Assembly: GCA_038087875.1 (NCBI GenBank)
Contig: CM075996.1
Location: 10,356,001 to 10,420,000 of the forward strand
Direction of reading: 5' to 3'
Length of the DNA: 64,000 nt
Source of the DNA: Malacoraja senta
Lineage: Eukaryota
Shown: piece after piece, positions 51,710-64,000 of the stretch
How the letters are laid out: every line of letters starts with the position of its first letter
Numbering within the stretch: position 1 is the first letter of the stretch
The notes under the pieces: generated by a model
Seen by the model: the letters and a program-made list of their open reading frames with translations, nothing else
What the model was told of the DNA's origin: nothing
Database searches by the model: none
Position numbers and translations under genes: made by a program

Positions 51710-54700
51710 CTGCTTGCAGTATAGCTGCTTGCTGCTGCTGGCGCCGACGATGGCTGCCGCGGTGTACTGCTCCTTGCTGTTTTGTATGTGTTTGTTCGTA
51801 TGTGTCGTCTGTGAAAACCCTACAAAGATTACTTTCACGAGAGAGGTACTCATAAACATCGGACATACGGTACCTCCAAACATCTTTCAGGATTTCTCTC
51901 ACTCGCTGGATTATTTGGACATACTCGTCGGTGGGGCTGTGGCTGCGTTCAAGGTCTTGAGACGGAGGAGGACCCATGGGAAGTGCACTGGAACACTCAC
52001 CCGACTCCGGCGAAGAGGATCATGCACACCACTCCCGAGCATATTCCTGGCAAACGTACGTTCTCTCAAGAACAAAGTGGACGAGCTGCAACTCCTGCGC
52101 TGGACAAACAAGGACTTCTCTCGAGCTGCTGCCCTGTGTTTCACTGAGACCTGGCTTTGTGAGTCGATCCCGGACAGCGCGCTGCAACTGGCTGGCTTCC
52201 AACTTCACAGAGCAGATCGCGAAGTGGAGGGAGCGGGGTAATCAAGAGGCGGTGGAATATGCTTCTATACCAACCAGGACTGGTGCAGCGACATCACGGT
52301 ACTGTTAAATTTCTGCTCTCCCAACCTAGAATCCCTCTTTATAAACTGCAAACCCTTCTACTCTCCGAATGAAATGTAACTCCTTTATTCTCGCTGGAGT
52401 TTACATTCCCCCCAAGCCTGCGTACGTGAGTCACAAATGCAACTCGCTGACCAGGTAATGAGGGTAGAGAGTGACTTCCCGGACTCCATGGTCATTGTTT
52501 TGGGGGACTTTAACAAAGCTAACCACAGCCGTGACCTTCCAAAATACAGACTTCATGTTACCTGCCCCACCAGAGGGGAGAGAACACTCGATTACTGTTA
52601 TACGGCAATCAAGAACGCATATCGCTCCATTCCCCGGGCGGGTCTAGTTCACCTTATTCCAACCTACAGGCAGAAACTAAAAGCTGCTAAGCCTGTGGTC
52701 AGAACAATGGACAAGCGAGGGCATTGAGAACCTAGTCCTGCTTTGACTGCACGGATTGGAATGTGTTCAGGGAAGCAACCACAAGCCTCGATGAGTATAC
52801 GGACACTGTATCATCATATGTCAGCTTTTGCGAGGACAGTTGCATTCCAACTAAGACCCAGACCTGGTTCAACAACAACAAGCCCTGGTTCACTGCAGAA
52901 CTCAGACAGCTCCGACGGTCTAAAGAGGAGGCCTACAGGAGCGGGGATGCAGACCTCTACAGGCAGGCCAAGTACAAGCTGAGAAGAGGAATCAGAGCTG
53001 CCAAGGAAAGGTACTCTGAGAAGTTGAGGAGCAAGTTCTCAGCTAGTGACTCTTCTTCAGTTTGGAAGGGCTTGCAAGAAATTACCAGCTACAAGAGGAA
53101 AGCCCCCCGCTCTTTGGACAATCGTCAGCTGACCAACGACCTGAATGAGTATTACTGCAGGTTTGAAATCAGAAACGTAACCCTGGTACCCCCTCTCCCC
53201 CCCCCCTCCTTAACCAACACAGCCAGACCCCAGTCTGCAAAGAATGGACCCTGCACGCTCTCCTTCCCATTCACCGCTTCACACCTACTTAAGGCAAGAC
53301 TCCAGTATGAAAAGACTGGATCAATTCCCACCCCAACCAACACTTCACACCCACTCACAGCCTGGCCTCAGTCTGCAAAGACTGGGCCGTTCTACGCCCC
53401 CCCCCCCCCCCAATCACCACTTCACACCCAATTACCCACACCATCACTTCATCAACAATAAAAATAGAGGAGGTGGAGAGGCTTTTCAGAAGACAGAAAA
53501 GGCGGAAATCTCCAGGACCTGACAATGTTTCCCCCTCTACTCTCAAGCTCTGTGCCAAACAACTGGCACCGGTCTATACAGACATTTTTAACCAGTCCCT
53601 GCAAACATGTACTGTCCCTGCCTGCTTAAGTCTCCACTATTGTCCCTGTACTCAAATAGGCAAGGATTACTTGTCTTAATGGCTGCAGGCCTGTCGCACT
53701 GACCTCTGTAGTCATGAAGACACTCGAAAGGCTTGTGCTGGCCAAGCTGAAAAATATCACAAACTCCCTGCTGGACCCTCTACAGTTTGCATATCGGGCC
53801 AATAGATCTGTGGATGATGCAGTCAACCTCCAGCATCTGGACTGCCAGGAGACCTATGTGAGGATCCTGTTTGTTGATTTTAGCTCTGCATTCAACACCA
53901 TTGTGCCAGCTACTACTCAACTTTCCGAGTTGACTGTGCCTGAACCCCTCTGTCGGTGGATCACCAGCTTCCTGACAGACAGGAAGCAGCATGTGAGGCT
54001 GGGAAAGCACATCTAGGACCCGCAAAAGCTCAGCATAGGAGCACCGCAAGGCTGCGTACTCTCTCCTCTCCTCTACTCTCTCTACACAAACGACTGCACC
54101 TCCACAGACACCTCTGACAAGCTTCTCAAGTTTGCGGACGACACAACCCTGATTGGACTGATCCAGGATGGGGAGGAATCTGCCTACAGACAGGAAGTGT
54201 CACAGCTAGTGTCCTGGTGCCATCGCAACAACCTAGAGCTCAATGCTCTTAAGACAGTGGAATTGATTCTAGACTTTAGGAGAGTTCCCCCTCCCCTCAC
54301 CCCATTCACCATCAACAACACCACAGTCACATCTGTGAAGTCTTTTAAGTTCCTGGGAACCATCATCTCCAAGGACCTGAAGTGGGGGGCTACCATCAAC
54401 TCCACAGTCAAAAAGGCACAACAGAGGATGTACTTCCAAACGGCAGCTGAGGAAGCACAATCTGCCACAGGCAATGATGGTCCAATTCTACACGGCCATC
54501 GTAGAGTCTGTTCTCACCTTCTCCATCATGGTCAGGTTTGGCTCAGCCACCAAGCACGACACCTGGAGGCTGCAGCGAATCGTCCGATCAGCTGAGAAGG
54601 TTATTGGCTGCAACCTTCCCTCCATTGATGAACTGTACACTGCAAGGGCCAGGAAGCGAGCGGGCAAGATCATCTCTGAACCCTCTCACCCTGTCCACAA

Positions 54701-55006
54701 ACTCTTTGAATCACTTCCCTCTGGAAGGCCACTCCGGACTGTCAAAGCTGCCACAGCCAGACATAAAAACAGTTTTTATCCACGAGTAGTTGCTCAACTC
54801 AACAGCCAAAAATCTGTAGCCTCCCTTTGATCTGGTATTTTGTTGGTTCACATGCTTGATCAATGGTGTTTTATCATTAATGTTTTATTATTATTAATGT
54901 TTAGTGTTTTCTGAGTCATTCATAACTGTCAGTGTATGTCATGTTGTTACTTGTGGGCGGAGCACCAAGGCAAATTCCTTGTATGTGAATACTTGGCCAA
55001 TAAACT
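51710..55006 (+). mobile_element. Near full-length Rex1/Babar LINE (EN + RT, degraded) inserted in ERV gag
   Basis: LANVRSLKNK, FTETWL, GDFN, PTRGERTLD, KPWF, KSPGPD, FVDFSSAFNTI, KFADD. AATAAA end. Flanked by TGTAG at 51705-51709 and 55007-55011. Confidence 0.92.
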
Positions 55007-56902
55007 TGTAGGGGGCTTTTCTCTTCCTCAGTCACGTCCCCGTCCACATTGTTTCCCATGCTTCCGATCTGTGAAATAAAATTCTAAATATTTTGTTTTA
55101 TGCCGGAATTTACCGAAACTCCTAGATAATGACTAATGGTTTAAAGCGATCGCAGCTTCGCAACTAGCTACTCCTTCTTCCCACCAATCCTGATTTTGCT
55201 ATTCAAATTAGTCTCCTGTTTTCTACATAATCCACACTCCTCCGATCTTATAATTTTTAATCAAAACATCTAAAGATAATTTTTAAACACACAATTAACA
55301 CAGTCCACAAATACTGCCTATCACTATTATGCACAGCCACACTCCTAAATAAAACACGAACATTCATTAATTATAAATCGCGCACTCTAAGTAATCTTGA
55401 CCGTGGCTCAGTCAATCGGTAAGGTGACTGCTCCCCTTGACACAGCGATCGAAGGTGTGCAGCCCCTGATCGAACTGCCCCAACTCGGATTTCTAGAACA
55501 GTCTTAACCGAATACGCAATCCCAATTAACCCAGATAACTATAAATCAAATACAGCAAAATTCAAATCAAATCTGTTCTCGCTTTGTTTTAAATCCAACC
55601 TGTAAACATTTACATTAGCAGCAATACAAAGACGGTTCGCGAACTATTCGACAAATACAAGTTCAAGTTTTAAATCTTAACTTCTAACTACGCTACTTAT
55701 CTATTTACAGACAGAAATATTTACACAATCTGGATTACAATACTTAAAGCTATATTTACAAGTTACAAAATTATCTAAAGCCCTAGAGCACAATTCACAA
55801 ACACTCAGTCTCTCCTCTGCATCACGCTGGTATCTCACAGTGAGCCTCCCGGATCTCGAAAAATTTCCCTTCTAGGTTACTCTTCGCCAAGGGGTACTAT
55901 CCCCTTAAATGATTACTCTTCCTCCCGAAAGTTACTATCCCTCTGCTAAGACTGGACTTCTATAGGGGGACCTCTATCCCTCCTCTCTAAGTTCGACAGA
56001 ATTAGGGGTACCCTTTGCTTTTCGGGTTACTTTTCGCCAAGTGGGGAGTTCCCTTCTCTCAGGTACTCTTTGCTATCAAGTACTAAGTCCTGACAATCAG
56101 AGGTTTACTACTCACTGTGGATCAGCCGCTATTCAGAGTCGATCGCGGACATGCACCAACTTCGAAGTCCTGTGTATAGTGACTCAAATCCCACCTTATG
56201 CAGAACCTCAATATGAGATTCATTATTTAGAAATTTTGCTGCAAATTTGGAAACAGTCGATCTAGAACTCCTAAAATTTAAGAGCGTATCAATTCGTACA
56301 TGGGCTCCCGAATAAGCTAGAAAAACAAATTGCCCAATTTAGATTCCTTGAACAAACTAGAGTATTCCGGCCAATCTATACCTAGTTTATTCAAGCCCGG
56401 TACAGTCTCGAAGTTCTTCGTCTATCAAACAAGACTCAGATACTTACACGCAGACACTCCGCCCTGCTAATGTACCGAGGGTCCAGCGCCTCGCTGCTTC
56501 GCGCTGTACCTTATCGGTGCCGTCTTAAAAGCGCAGCACCAATTCACGCTCCCGGCAACGATCACAATAGAACCTGTCTTGAATATCCCACCTAATTTGG
56601 ATACCAGGTTTACCCTTGGGCCACCCCACACCCGATGAAGCGCGCTAGGCTCTCGTTAAAGGCAGCTGCAGTCTGCCCAACTACGACCAGTTTAGGCCTC
56701 TAACCAAGGACTGGGCCTACACCCAACCCCACCAAGGCCTCTAACCATGGCCAGATTCTACCACTAAAGTGCTTGCTAGACTCTGTTCTAATGATCTCGT
56801 TTAGACCATTTCCCAAGCTCACGAAAGATTGATCCGCTCTGACCCGCGATCGAACCAGCTCAACACTATCGACCACAAACTTGTGTTTGGGGGTCTTTAG
56901 AG

Positions 56903-56920
56903 ATCCCGGCCGAGCCCCCA
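56903..56920 (-). promoter_or_regulatory. Primer binding site, tRNA-Pro
   Basis: TGGGGGCTCGGCCGGGAT, 17/18 identical to the canonical MLV PBS-Pro TGGGGGCTCGTCCGGGAT, 1 nt after the LTR terminal CA. Confidence 0.9.
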
Positions 56921-57662
56921 ATGATAATTGCTCGTTTCTGAGCTTCCCCCCAGTCTAGCTTCAGTAAAAACACTGAATCAAGCACTTGCAAAGATTAAAG
57001 TTTATTCTGCCAAAATTATAAGTGCGTTACAGATCACACCCTGTACCTCCTATCCCCACCGCGGGTTCGATCCTTGCTTCTGTCTATTCAAGCCCTCTAG
57101 GCCTCGCTTAGACAGAGTCACTCTAGCAGCTCTCCTGAGGATCGACCATGAACCTTGTGATCACCGTCTTTTATATGCCCCGCGAACCTGAGGGCCGAAC
57201 CACACTGGGGGTTGTCTTACAATTACCCAATAACAGATATCGATTGACCCCATACATAACAGACGTTTCCCTAACCCAATAATACAACAGTTCAATACAT
57301 TATATTCCCAACGAACTCCAGGGTGAAGTCAACTATTGAAACGTACCCTGATTTACAGGGTTTCCAGACACACTATCCGATAAACATCCAGCAGAGTTGG
57401 ATTCTGCAACATTATATACAATATATATCTAGTTTGCAACCACCCAATCCATTCTATGCATTTAGTATCAGATTGACAAGGCTTGCAGGTTCCCAACCCT
57501 TTTGCATATGAATTGTATCTAAGCCCCAGACTCTTTGGCACCACTCGCAGCCTGTCCCAGCTCTGCAGAGATCATTCCCAATCTGACTAAATCTCCCAAC
57601 AAGCCCTGAAACTTAGCCCCATTTTAGAAGTCCTGACTGGTCCAATTTAGCCAGGATTAACA

Positions 57663-58155
57663 AGAACGCATCCTTGCAGAGCCCCTGTGTTGGGGATTAT
57701 CGTGGAGGTTGATTTGTCCTTTATCCTCACTGATTAGGGTCTGTTGGTCAGGAAGTCGAGGATCCAGTTGCAGAGATGACCACAAGTCCCGTGAGTTTGG
57801 TGCTGAGCTTGGATGGTATAATGGTACTAAAGGCAGAGCTGTAGTCTATGAACAGGAGTCTGACATAGGTGTCTCTCTTCTCCAGGTGTTCCAGGGATGA
57901 GTGTAGGGCTAGGGCGATGGCATCGTCCGTAGACCTGTTGCGGTAGACGAACTGTAGTGGGTCAAGGCCGCTGGGTAGACTGGATTTAATGCGTTCCATA
58001 ACTAGCCTCTCAAAACATCATGATGGTGGATGTCATGGCCACTGGACGATAGTCGTTTAGGCATGAGGTCTTGCTTTTCTTTGGCACTGGGATGATGGTG
58101 GCCTTCTTGAAGCAGGTGGGTACCTCAGAACAGAGTAGAGAGAGATTAAAGATGT
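57663..58155 (-). mobile_element. Rex1/Babar RT fragment cut by the ERV 5' LTR
   Basis: LDPLQFVYR...[13 protein letters not shown]...NTGALQGCV, ending exactly at the LTR. Confidence 0.85.
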
Positions 58156-59094
58156 GTAGAACATGAGGAAGAACCAGGAGGAACCTAAACGTCTTTGAGA
58201 AACTTCCAGGGTAGTGGAAAAATAGGTGCCGTTAATTCAAGGTAGTCAGAAGTTACCCAACAGTAAATTCAGGGAGGTGGTGAGATTGTGGGACGTGTTT
58301 CAGCCTGTGATGGTGTTCCAGGGGAAGCTGGAGATAAACAAGAGAGAGAAACAATTGCAAGCTTGGGCAAATAGTTCAGTTTAGTTTACTGTCACGTGTA
58401 CCGAGGTACAGTGAAAAGCTTTTGTCGCGTGTTATTCAGACAGCAGTAAGACAACACATGATTTCAATTGAGCCATTTACAATGTGTAGATACATGATAA
58501 GGGAATAACGTTTAGTGCAAGGTAAAGCCAGCAAAGTCTGATCAAGGTTTGTCTGAAGGTCACCAAAGAGGTGACATTCAGCACTGCTCTCTGGTTGTGG
58601 TAGGATGATGGTTCAGTTGCCTAATAACAGCTGGGAAGAAACTGTCCCTAAATCTGGAGGTGTGCGTTTTCACTCTTCTGTACCTTTTGCCTGATGGGAG
58701 AGGGGAGAAGAGGAAGAGTGAGCTGCTCCGACCCAATGACTTTCCATCTGTAAATTCTATGCCATTCCTATGTGAAGTTGAAAGGGTGTTGTATTTACTA
58801 TTGATATGAAGGCTATTAACAGTTTCTAGAATACTGAATATTGACTGAAGAAGGGTCTCAACCCGAAAAGTCACCCATTCCTTTTCTCCAGAGATGCTGC
58901 CTGTCCCATTGAGTTACTCCAGCGTTTTGTGTCCATCCAGAATACTGCGATTGTTCTGGTCTTCATTAGCAACATCACAGCAACAATCCCACCTCTGTCG
59001 GAGTGATTGCAGCAGCATGGCAACATTCACTTCACGCAGCAACGGTCTGATGACATTGAGGACAGGTGTGAATGGTACTATAACCATATAACCA

Positions 59095-60140
59095 TTACAG
59101 CACGGAAACGGGCCATCTCGGCCCTTCAAGTCCGTGCTGAACATTATTATTATTATTTTTTTTAAATTTCCCCCCTTCTTCCTTCCCCCTAGTCCCATCT
59201 ACCTGCACTCAGACCATAACCCTCCATTCCTTTCCCGTCCATATATCCATCCAATCTATTTTTAAAGGATAAAATCGAACCTGCCTCCACCACTTCCACT
59301 GGAAGCTCATTCCACACAGCTACCACTCTCTGAGTAAAGAAGTTCCCCCTAATGTTACCCCTAAACTTCTGTCCCTTAATTCTCAAGTCATGTCCCCTTG
59401 TTTGAATCTTCTCTACTCTCAATGGGAAAAGCTTATCCACGTCAACTCTGTCTAACCCGCTCATTATTTTAAAGACTTCTATCAAGTCCCCCCTTAACCT
59501 TCTGCGCTCCAAAGAATAAAGACCTAACTTGTTCAACCTTTCTCTGTAACTTAGTTGCTGAAATCCAGGCAACATTCTAGTAAATCTCCTCTGTACTCTC
59601 TCTATTTTGTTGACATCCTTCCTATAATTAGGCGACCAAAATTGTACTCCATACTCCAGAATTGGCCTCACCAATGCCTTGTACAATTTTAACATTACAT
59701 CCCAACTTCTATATTCAATGCTCTGATTTATAAAGGCCAGCACACCAAAAGCTTTCTTTACCACCCTATCTACATGAGATTCCACCTTCAGGGAACTATG
59801 CACAGTTATTCTTAGATCCCTCTGTTCAACTGCATTCCTCAATTCGCTACCATTTACCATGTACGTCCTATTTTGATTTGTCCTGCCGAGATGTAGCACC
59901 TCACATTTATCAGCATTAAACTCCATCTGCCATCTTTCAGCCCACTCTTCCAAATGGCCTAAATCTCTCTGTAGACTTTGAAAATCTACTTCATTATCCA
60001 CAACACCACCTATCTTAGTATCATCTGCATACTTACTAATCCAATTTTCCACACCATCATCCAGATCATTGATGTACATGACAAACAACAGTGCACCCAA
60101 CGCAGACCCCTGAGGCACCCCACTAGTCACCGGCCTCCAA
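59095..60140 (-). mobile_element. CR1 LINE 3' fragment (second family), reading frame intact
   Basis: Uninterrupted [12 protein letters not shown]...KYADDTK...WNELP...GYGLSAGRWD*. (TATGGT)-like tail near 59080-59095. Confidence 0.92.
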
Positions 60141-60276
60141 GCTGACAAACTGAGAGGAGGAAGTGCAGAATATTTTGTGTTTCCTGGGTTGGGCAAGGAG
60201 GAGAGTTTGTCTTCAACGGGGGAAGAATTTCAAGAAATGTGCTATGTGAATGAAGTCAAAACCTTTTGTCTTTTAG

Positions 60277-60353
60277 GTGGAGCTAAAGCCGCAGAAGCAG
60301 CTTCCAGTGCTTACTACAACCCGTGCAATCCTCACAGTGTCTACATGCCGATG
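60277..60353 (+). CDS. WBP2NL: WBP2NL penultimate exon ((G)[25 protein letters not shown])
   Basis: TTTTAG acceptor, GTAAGT donor, 77 nt. [20 protein letters not shown] is the conserved WBP2-family C-terminal motif. Confidence 0.93.
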
Positions 60354-61516
60354 GTAAGTCTTCAACTTTAGGCATTAGGTGTAAGGTAATGTCTGTCTTT
60401 TTCATCCGTCAATTTTTTTTCAAAGAAAACAATGTGTTGGAGTAACTCAGCTGGGTCAGGCAGCATCTGTGGAGGGAAACGCACAGCCAATGTCTTGGGT
60501 TGGGGCATTTCTTCAGGAGCCATCTGCGCATTTCCCTCCATAAACGCTGCCTGAACCACGGAGGTAATCTAGCATTTTGTTTTTGTTGAAGATTCCAGCA
60601 TCTGTAGTCTCTTGTGTCAACTAAAGAATTCCACAAGGTGAGCACAGGGGAATCTGCAGATAGATGCAAAGTGCTGGAGTAACTCAGCTAGTCAGGCAAC
60701 ATCTCTGGAGAAAAAAAGAGCTTCTTCAGACTGAAGAAGGGTCCCCACCTGATACGTCACCCATCCTTTTTTTCCCAGAGATGCTGCCTGACCGGCTGAA
60801 TTACTCCAGCATTTTAGAAACAAAGAAAATAGGTGCAGGAGTAGGCCATTTGGCCCTTTGAGCTAGTACCGCCATTCAATATGATCATGGCTGATCATCC
60901 AAAATCTCCTGCTTTCTCCCCATATTCCTTGATTCCATTAGCCCTATGAGCTATATATAACTCTCTCTTGAATATATCCAGTGAATTGGCCTCCACTGCC
61001 TTCTGTGGCAGTGTCTATTTTGAGTATACACTCGCATCTGCAGTTCCTGGTAACAACCAATACGCAGTAACATATGAAAATTATTCTTATTTAAGTTACT
61101 CCATTGATCCTGAGCAGATTCAAGGTGTAGAATGTGACAATTTTCCAATGGCTTCAAGTGCTTACTTGAACAGGTACAGAATAAGAGTAAAGCCCAGAAT
61201 CATGAACACTTTTTCTTTGAGGCAGCAAAGTCCTTTGCAAGTGCAAATGAAGCTATTATATATGAAAGGTTTGCTCTACAATAGGGTGGCTCGGTGGAGT
61301 TGCTGCCTTACAGCGCCAGAGACCCGGGTTTGATCCCGACTTCAGGTGCTGTCTGTACGGAGTTTGTACGTTCTCCCCGTGACCTGCATGGGTCTTCTCC
61401 AAGATCTTCGGCTTCCTCTCACACTCCAAAGACGTTCAGGTTTGTAGGTTAAATGGCTTGGTTATAAATGTAAATTGTCCCTAGTGTGTGTAGGATAATG
61501 TAAATGTGCAGGGATC

Positions 61517-62720
61517 ATAGAAACATAGAAGCATAGAAACATAGGAACATAGAAAATAGGTGCAGGAGTAGCCCATTCGGCCCTTCGAGCCTGCACCGCC
61601 ATTCAATATGATCATGGCTGATCATCCAACTCAGTATCCTGTACCTGCCTTCTCTCCATACCCCCTGATCCCTTTAGCCACAAGGGCCACATCTAACTCC
61701 CTCTTAAATATAGCCAATGAACTGGCCTCAACTACCATCTGTGGCAGAGAGTTCCACAGATTCACCACTCTCTGTGTAAAAAATTATTTTCTCATCTCGG
61801 TCCTAAAAGACTTCCCCCTTATCCTTAAACTGTGACCCCTTGTTCTGGATTTCCCCAACATCGGGAATAATCTTCCTGCATCTAGCCTGTCCAACCCCTT
61901 AAGAATTTTGTAAGTTTCTATAAGATCCCCCCTCAATCTTCTAAATTCTAGCGAGTACCAGCCGAGTCTATCCAGTCTTTCTTCATATGAAAGTCCTGCC
62001 ATCCCAGGAATCAGTCTGGTGAACCATCTCTGTACTCCCTCTATGGCAAGAATGCCTCCTAGCATCCTCCTCACAGCTAACACTGTCCCCCAGCTTCGTG
62101 TCATCCACAAACTTGGAGATGTTGCATTCAATTCCCTCATCCAGATCATTAATATATAGTGTAAATAGCTTGGGTCCCAGCACTGAGCCTTGCGGTACCC
62201 CACTAGTCACTGCCTGCCATTCTGAAAAGGACCCGTTTACTCCTACTCTTTGCTTCCTGTTTGCCAGCCAGTTCTCTATCCACATCAATACTGAACCCCC
62301 AATACCATGTGCTTTAAGTTTGCATACTAATCTCTTATGTGGGACCTTGTCGAAAGCCTTCTGAAAGTCCAGATATAACACATCCACTGGTTCTCCCTTA
62401 TCCACTCTACTAGTTACATCCTCGAAAAATTCTATAAGATTCGTCAGACATGATTTACCTTTCATAAATCCATGCTGACTTTGTCCAATGAATTGAACAC
62501 TTTCCAAATGTGCTGCTATCTCATCTTTAATAACTGACTGGCATTTTCCCCACTACCGATGTTAGACTAACTGGTCTGTAATTCCCCGTTTTTTCTCTCC
62601 CTCCCTTTTTAAAAAGTGGGGTTACATTAGCTACCCTCCAATCCTCAGGAACTACTCCAGAATCTAAAGAGTTTTGAAAAATTATCATTAGTGCATCCTC
62701 TATTTCTGGGGCTACTGGGA
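61517..62720 (-). mobile_element. CR1 LINE fragment with an internal deletion (same family as 630-5570 and 1-88)
   Basis: NYRPVSLTS, QHGF, DFQKAFD, GVPQG, then SCEEDARR joined directly to ILAIEGVQR at ~62052. (TTCTATG)n tail. Confidence 0.9.
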
Positions 62721-63419
62721 CTTCTGGATCGTTGGATGGCATGGACTCTGGGCCAAAGGGCTTGTTTCCGTGCTGTATCTCTAAACTAAAACAAAACTAA
62801 ATATTAATTTATCATAATACTGCTGTTCCTGGCAGTTATCGCTGCCTCAAAGAAAAGTTATGCTTAAGTTACTTAACTGTATATGGACCTGTCAGCAACA
62901 CCAAACTGCCTCTGAAGTTCAAAGTCGTAGGTTGGCACGGTAGCACCGCGGTAGAGTTGCTGCCTTACAGCGCGGGAGACCAGAGTTTGATCCTGACTTC
63001 GGGTGCTGTCTGTACAGAGCTGACCACTTGGGTTTTCTCCGGATGCTCCAGTTTCCTCCCACGCTCCAAAGACGTACAGGTTTGTAGGCTAATTGGCTTT
63101 GGTATAATTGTAAATAGTCCCTAGTATGTGTAGGATAGTGTTAATGTGTGAGGATCGCCGGTGGGCCACAGGGTCTGTTTCCGCGATGTATCTCCAAACT
63201 GATCTGCTTGTGGAATGGATGTTTGTGCAAGGACCTCTGTCTTTTAACAAATTATTTTCCTGTCTCCATCATAAGAGTAGAGAATGTGTAATGTTTGGAA
63301 TTGGATTGTTCATACAAAGCCTTCTGGTTATTTAATATTGCACCTCATTCATCCAAATGCTTGTTGCCCAATGCCTCAGTGTTGAGATCCAGCAGTAAAA
63401 TGAGTCTGTTCTCCTTCAG

Positions 63420-63467
63420 GATCAGCCCCCACCGTATACACCAGCAGAGGAGAAGAAGAACAAGTGA
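63420..63467 (+). CDS. WBP2NL: WBP2NL final coding exon (DQPPPYTPAEEKKNK*)
   Basis: TTCTCCTTCAG acceptor, phase 0 matches the previous exon. The MDQPPPY...KKN ending resembles non-mammalian WBP2NL more than WBP2 (from memory). Confidence 0.88.
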   Translation, partial: DQPPPYTPAEEKKNK

Positions 63468-64000
63468 AACACTCTGAAGTTGCGATTCTTCCAACCGTTT
63501 GTGAATTGTTTACTTTCTAAAAAAAAAAGTGTGTTGTTAGAAGCTGCATTTTTATTAGACTTGAGCCAGTCCATAATCTCTTTCCACATTGTATCGTCCA
63601 GCTACAGAACTGAGTCTCGGACTGCAGGCTTCTGGTTGTGTCTGTGCACAGATATCTTGTGCATTGAAGTGGGTGAGGTGGCCAGAACATGACACCATTG
63701 TACGCCGTCTCTTTCCTCATCCTTGTCGTCTTTTCTACTTTCCTTGCCTCTGCCTGAAGTAATCTGCCTCCAAACTTCATTGACCTCCGTACATTGTCAA
63801 GCGAATGTTGGAAAGAAATTAACTAAATTGCTCCAATTGAGCCAAGCCTGTCTAGGTCCTGCAGGATCTACTCCATCAGGAATTCGGACCAGCCCAGGGG
63901 TGAAAAAATTAGCCTGATGTCACCAATGGCCAGTTGGAAGCATTGTGCTGGTTGGTGCTGCAGCTGTCTAGACCCTGAAGGCAGTGAGACTTAATGAATA

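Larger units (their letters stand above)
46024..55059 (-). pseudogene. gag: ERV gag remnant in three pieces (55059-55012, 51709-49994, 46632-46024)
   Basis: Start MGNNVDGDVTEEEKSPL (Gly2). Capsid/MHR-like LRPEKGEGSDEFLDRF (50288-50488). Two CX2CX4HX4C knuckles, CCTCGGMGHWSRAC (~46559-46600) and CFNCAQLGHWSRGC (in 46024-46299). Confidence 0.75.
43866..57662 (-). mobile_element. Endogenous retrovirus (class I-like, PBS-Pro), degraded gag, no recognisable pol/env, with nested insertions
   Basis: 5' LTR 56922-57662 (TGTTAA...TATCA, TATA-like at ~57169-57176, AATAAA at 57001-57006). PBS at 56903-56920. PPT GATAAAAGGAAGGAA at 44006-44020. Partial 3' LTR 43866-44005. gag remnants. Confidence 0.85.

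Noticed and set aside
40360..63467. Calling the gene WBP2 rather than WBP2NL
   Set aside because: The C-terminus VYMPMDQPPPY...KKN fits non-mammalian WBP2NL better than WBP2 (VYMPTSQPPPPPY...KKTQ) as I recall them. Phylogeny and synteny are needed to confirm.

Overview
Eukaryotic, repeat-dense vertebrate DNA. The CR1/Rex1/V-SINE/Penelope mix suggests a cartilaginous fish such as a skate (inference). Two spliced host genes are only partly visible. On the minus strand are the last three exons of a B7/CD276-like Ig-superfamily membrane protein (IgC exon 17036-17331 with a 1-nt frameshift, TM exon, cytoplasmic exon). On the plus strand are the last four coding exons of WBP2NL (40360-63467). I found the 5' exons of neither gene. 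Between them lie a 200-N assembly gap, a 6.5-kb array of a 20-bp satellite, and a young Mag-type Gypsy element (210-bp LTRs, one nonsense codon, no target-site duplication). The 17-kb WBP2NL intron holds an antisense endogenous retrovirus with a tRNA-Pro PBS and gag but no recognisable pol/env. That provirus is itself interrupted by an L1-clade LINE, a Rex1 LINE and a Tc1 end. The remainder is CR1, Rex1/Babar, Tx1/L1 fragments, tRNA-derived SINEs, a hAT MITE and palindromic Penelope-type elements carrying hammerhead-ribozyme-like cores. Most ORF-track entries are repeat artefacts. Repeat boundaries are approximate unless a TSD or terminus is quoted.
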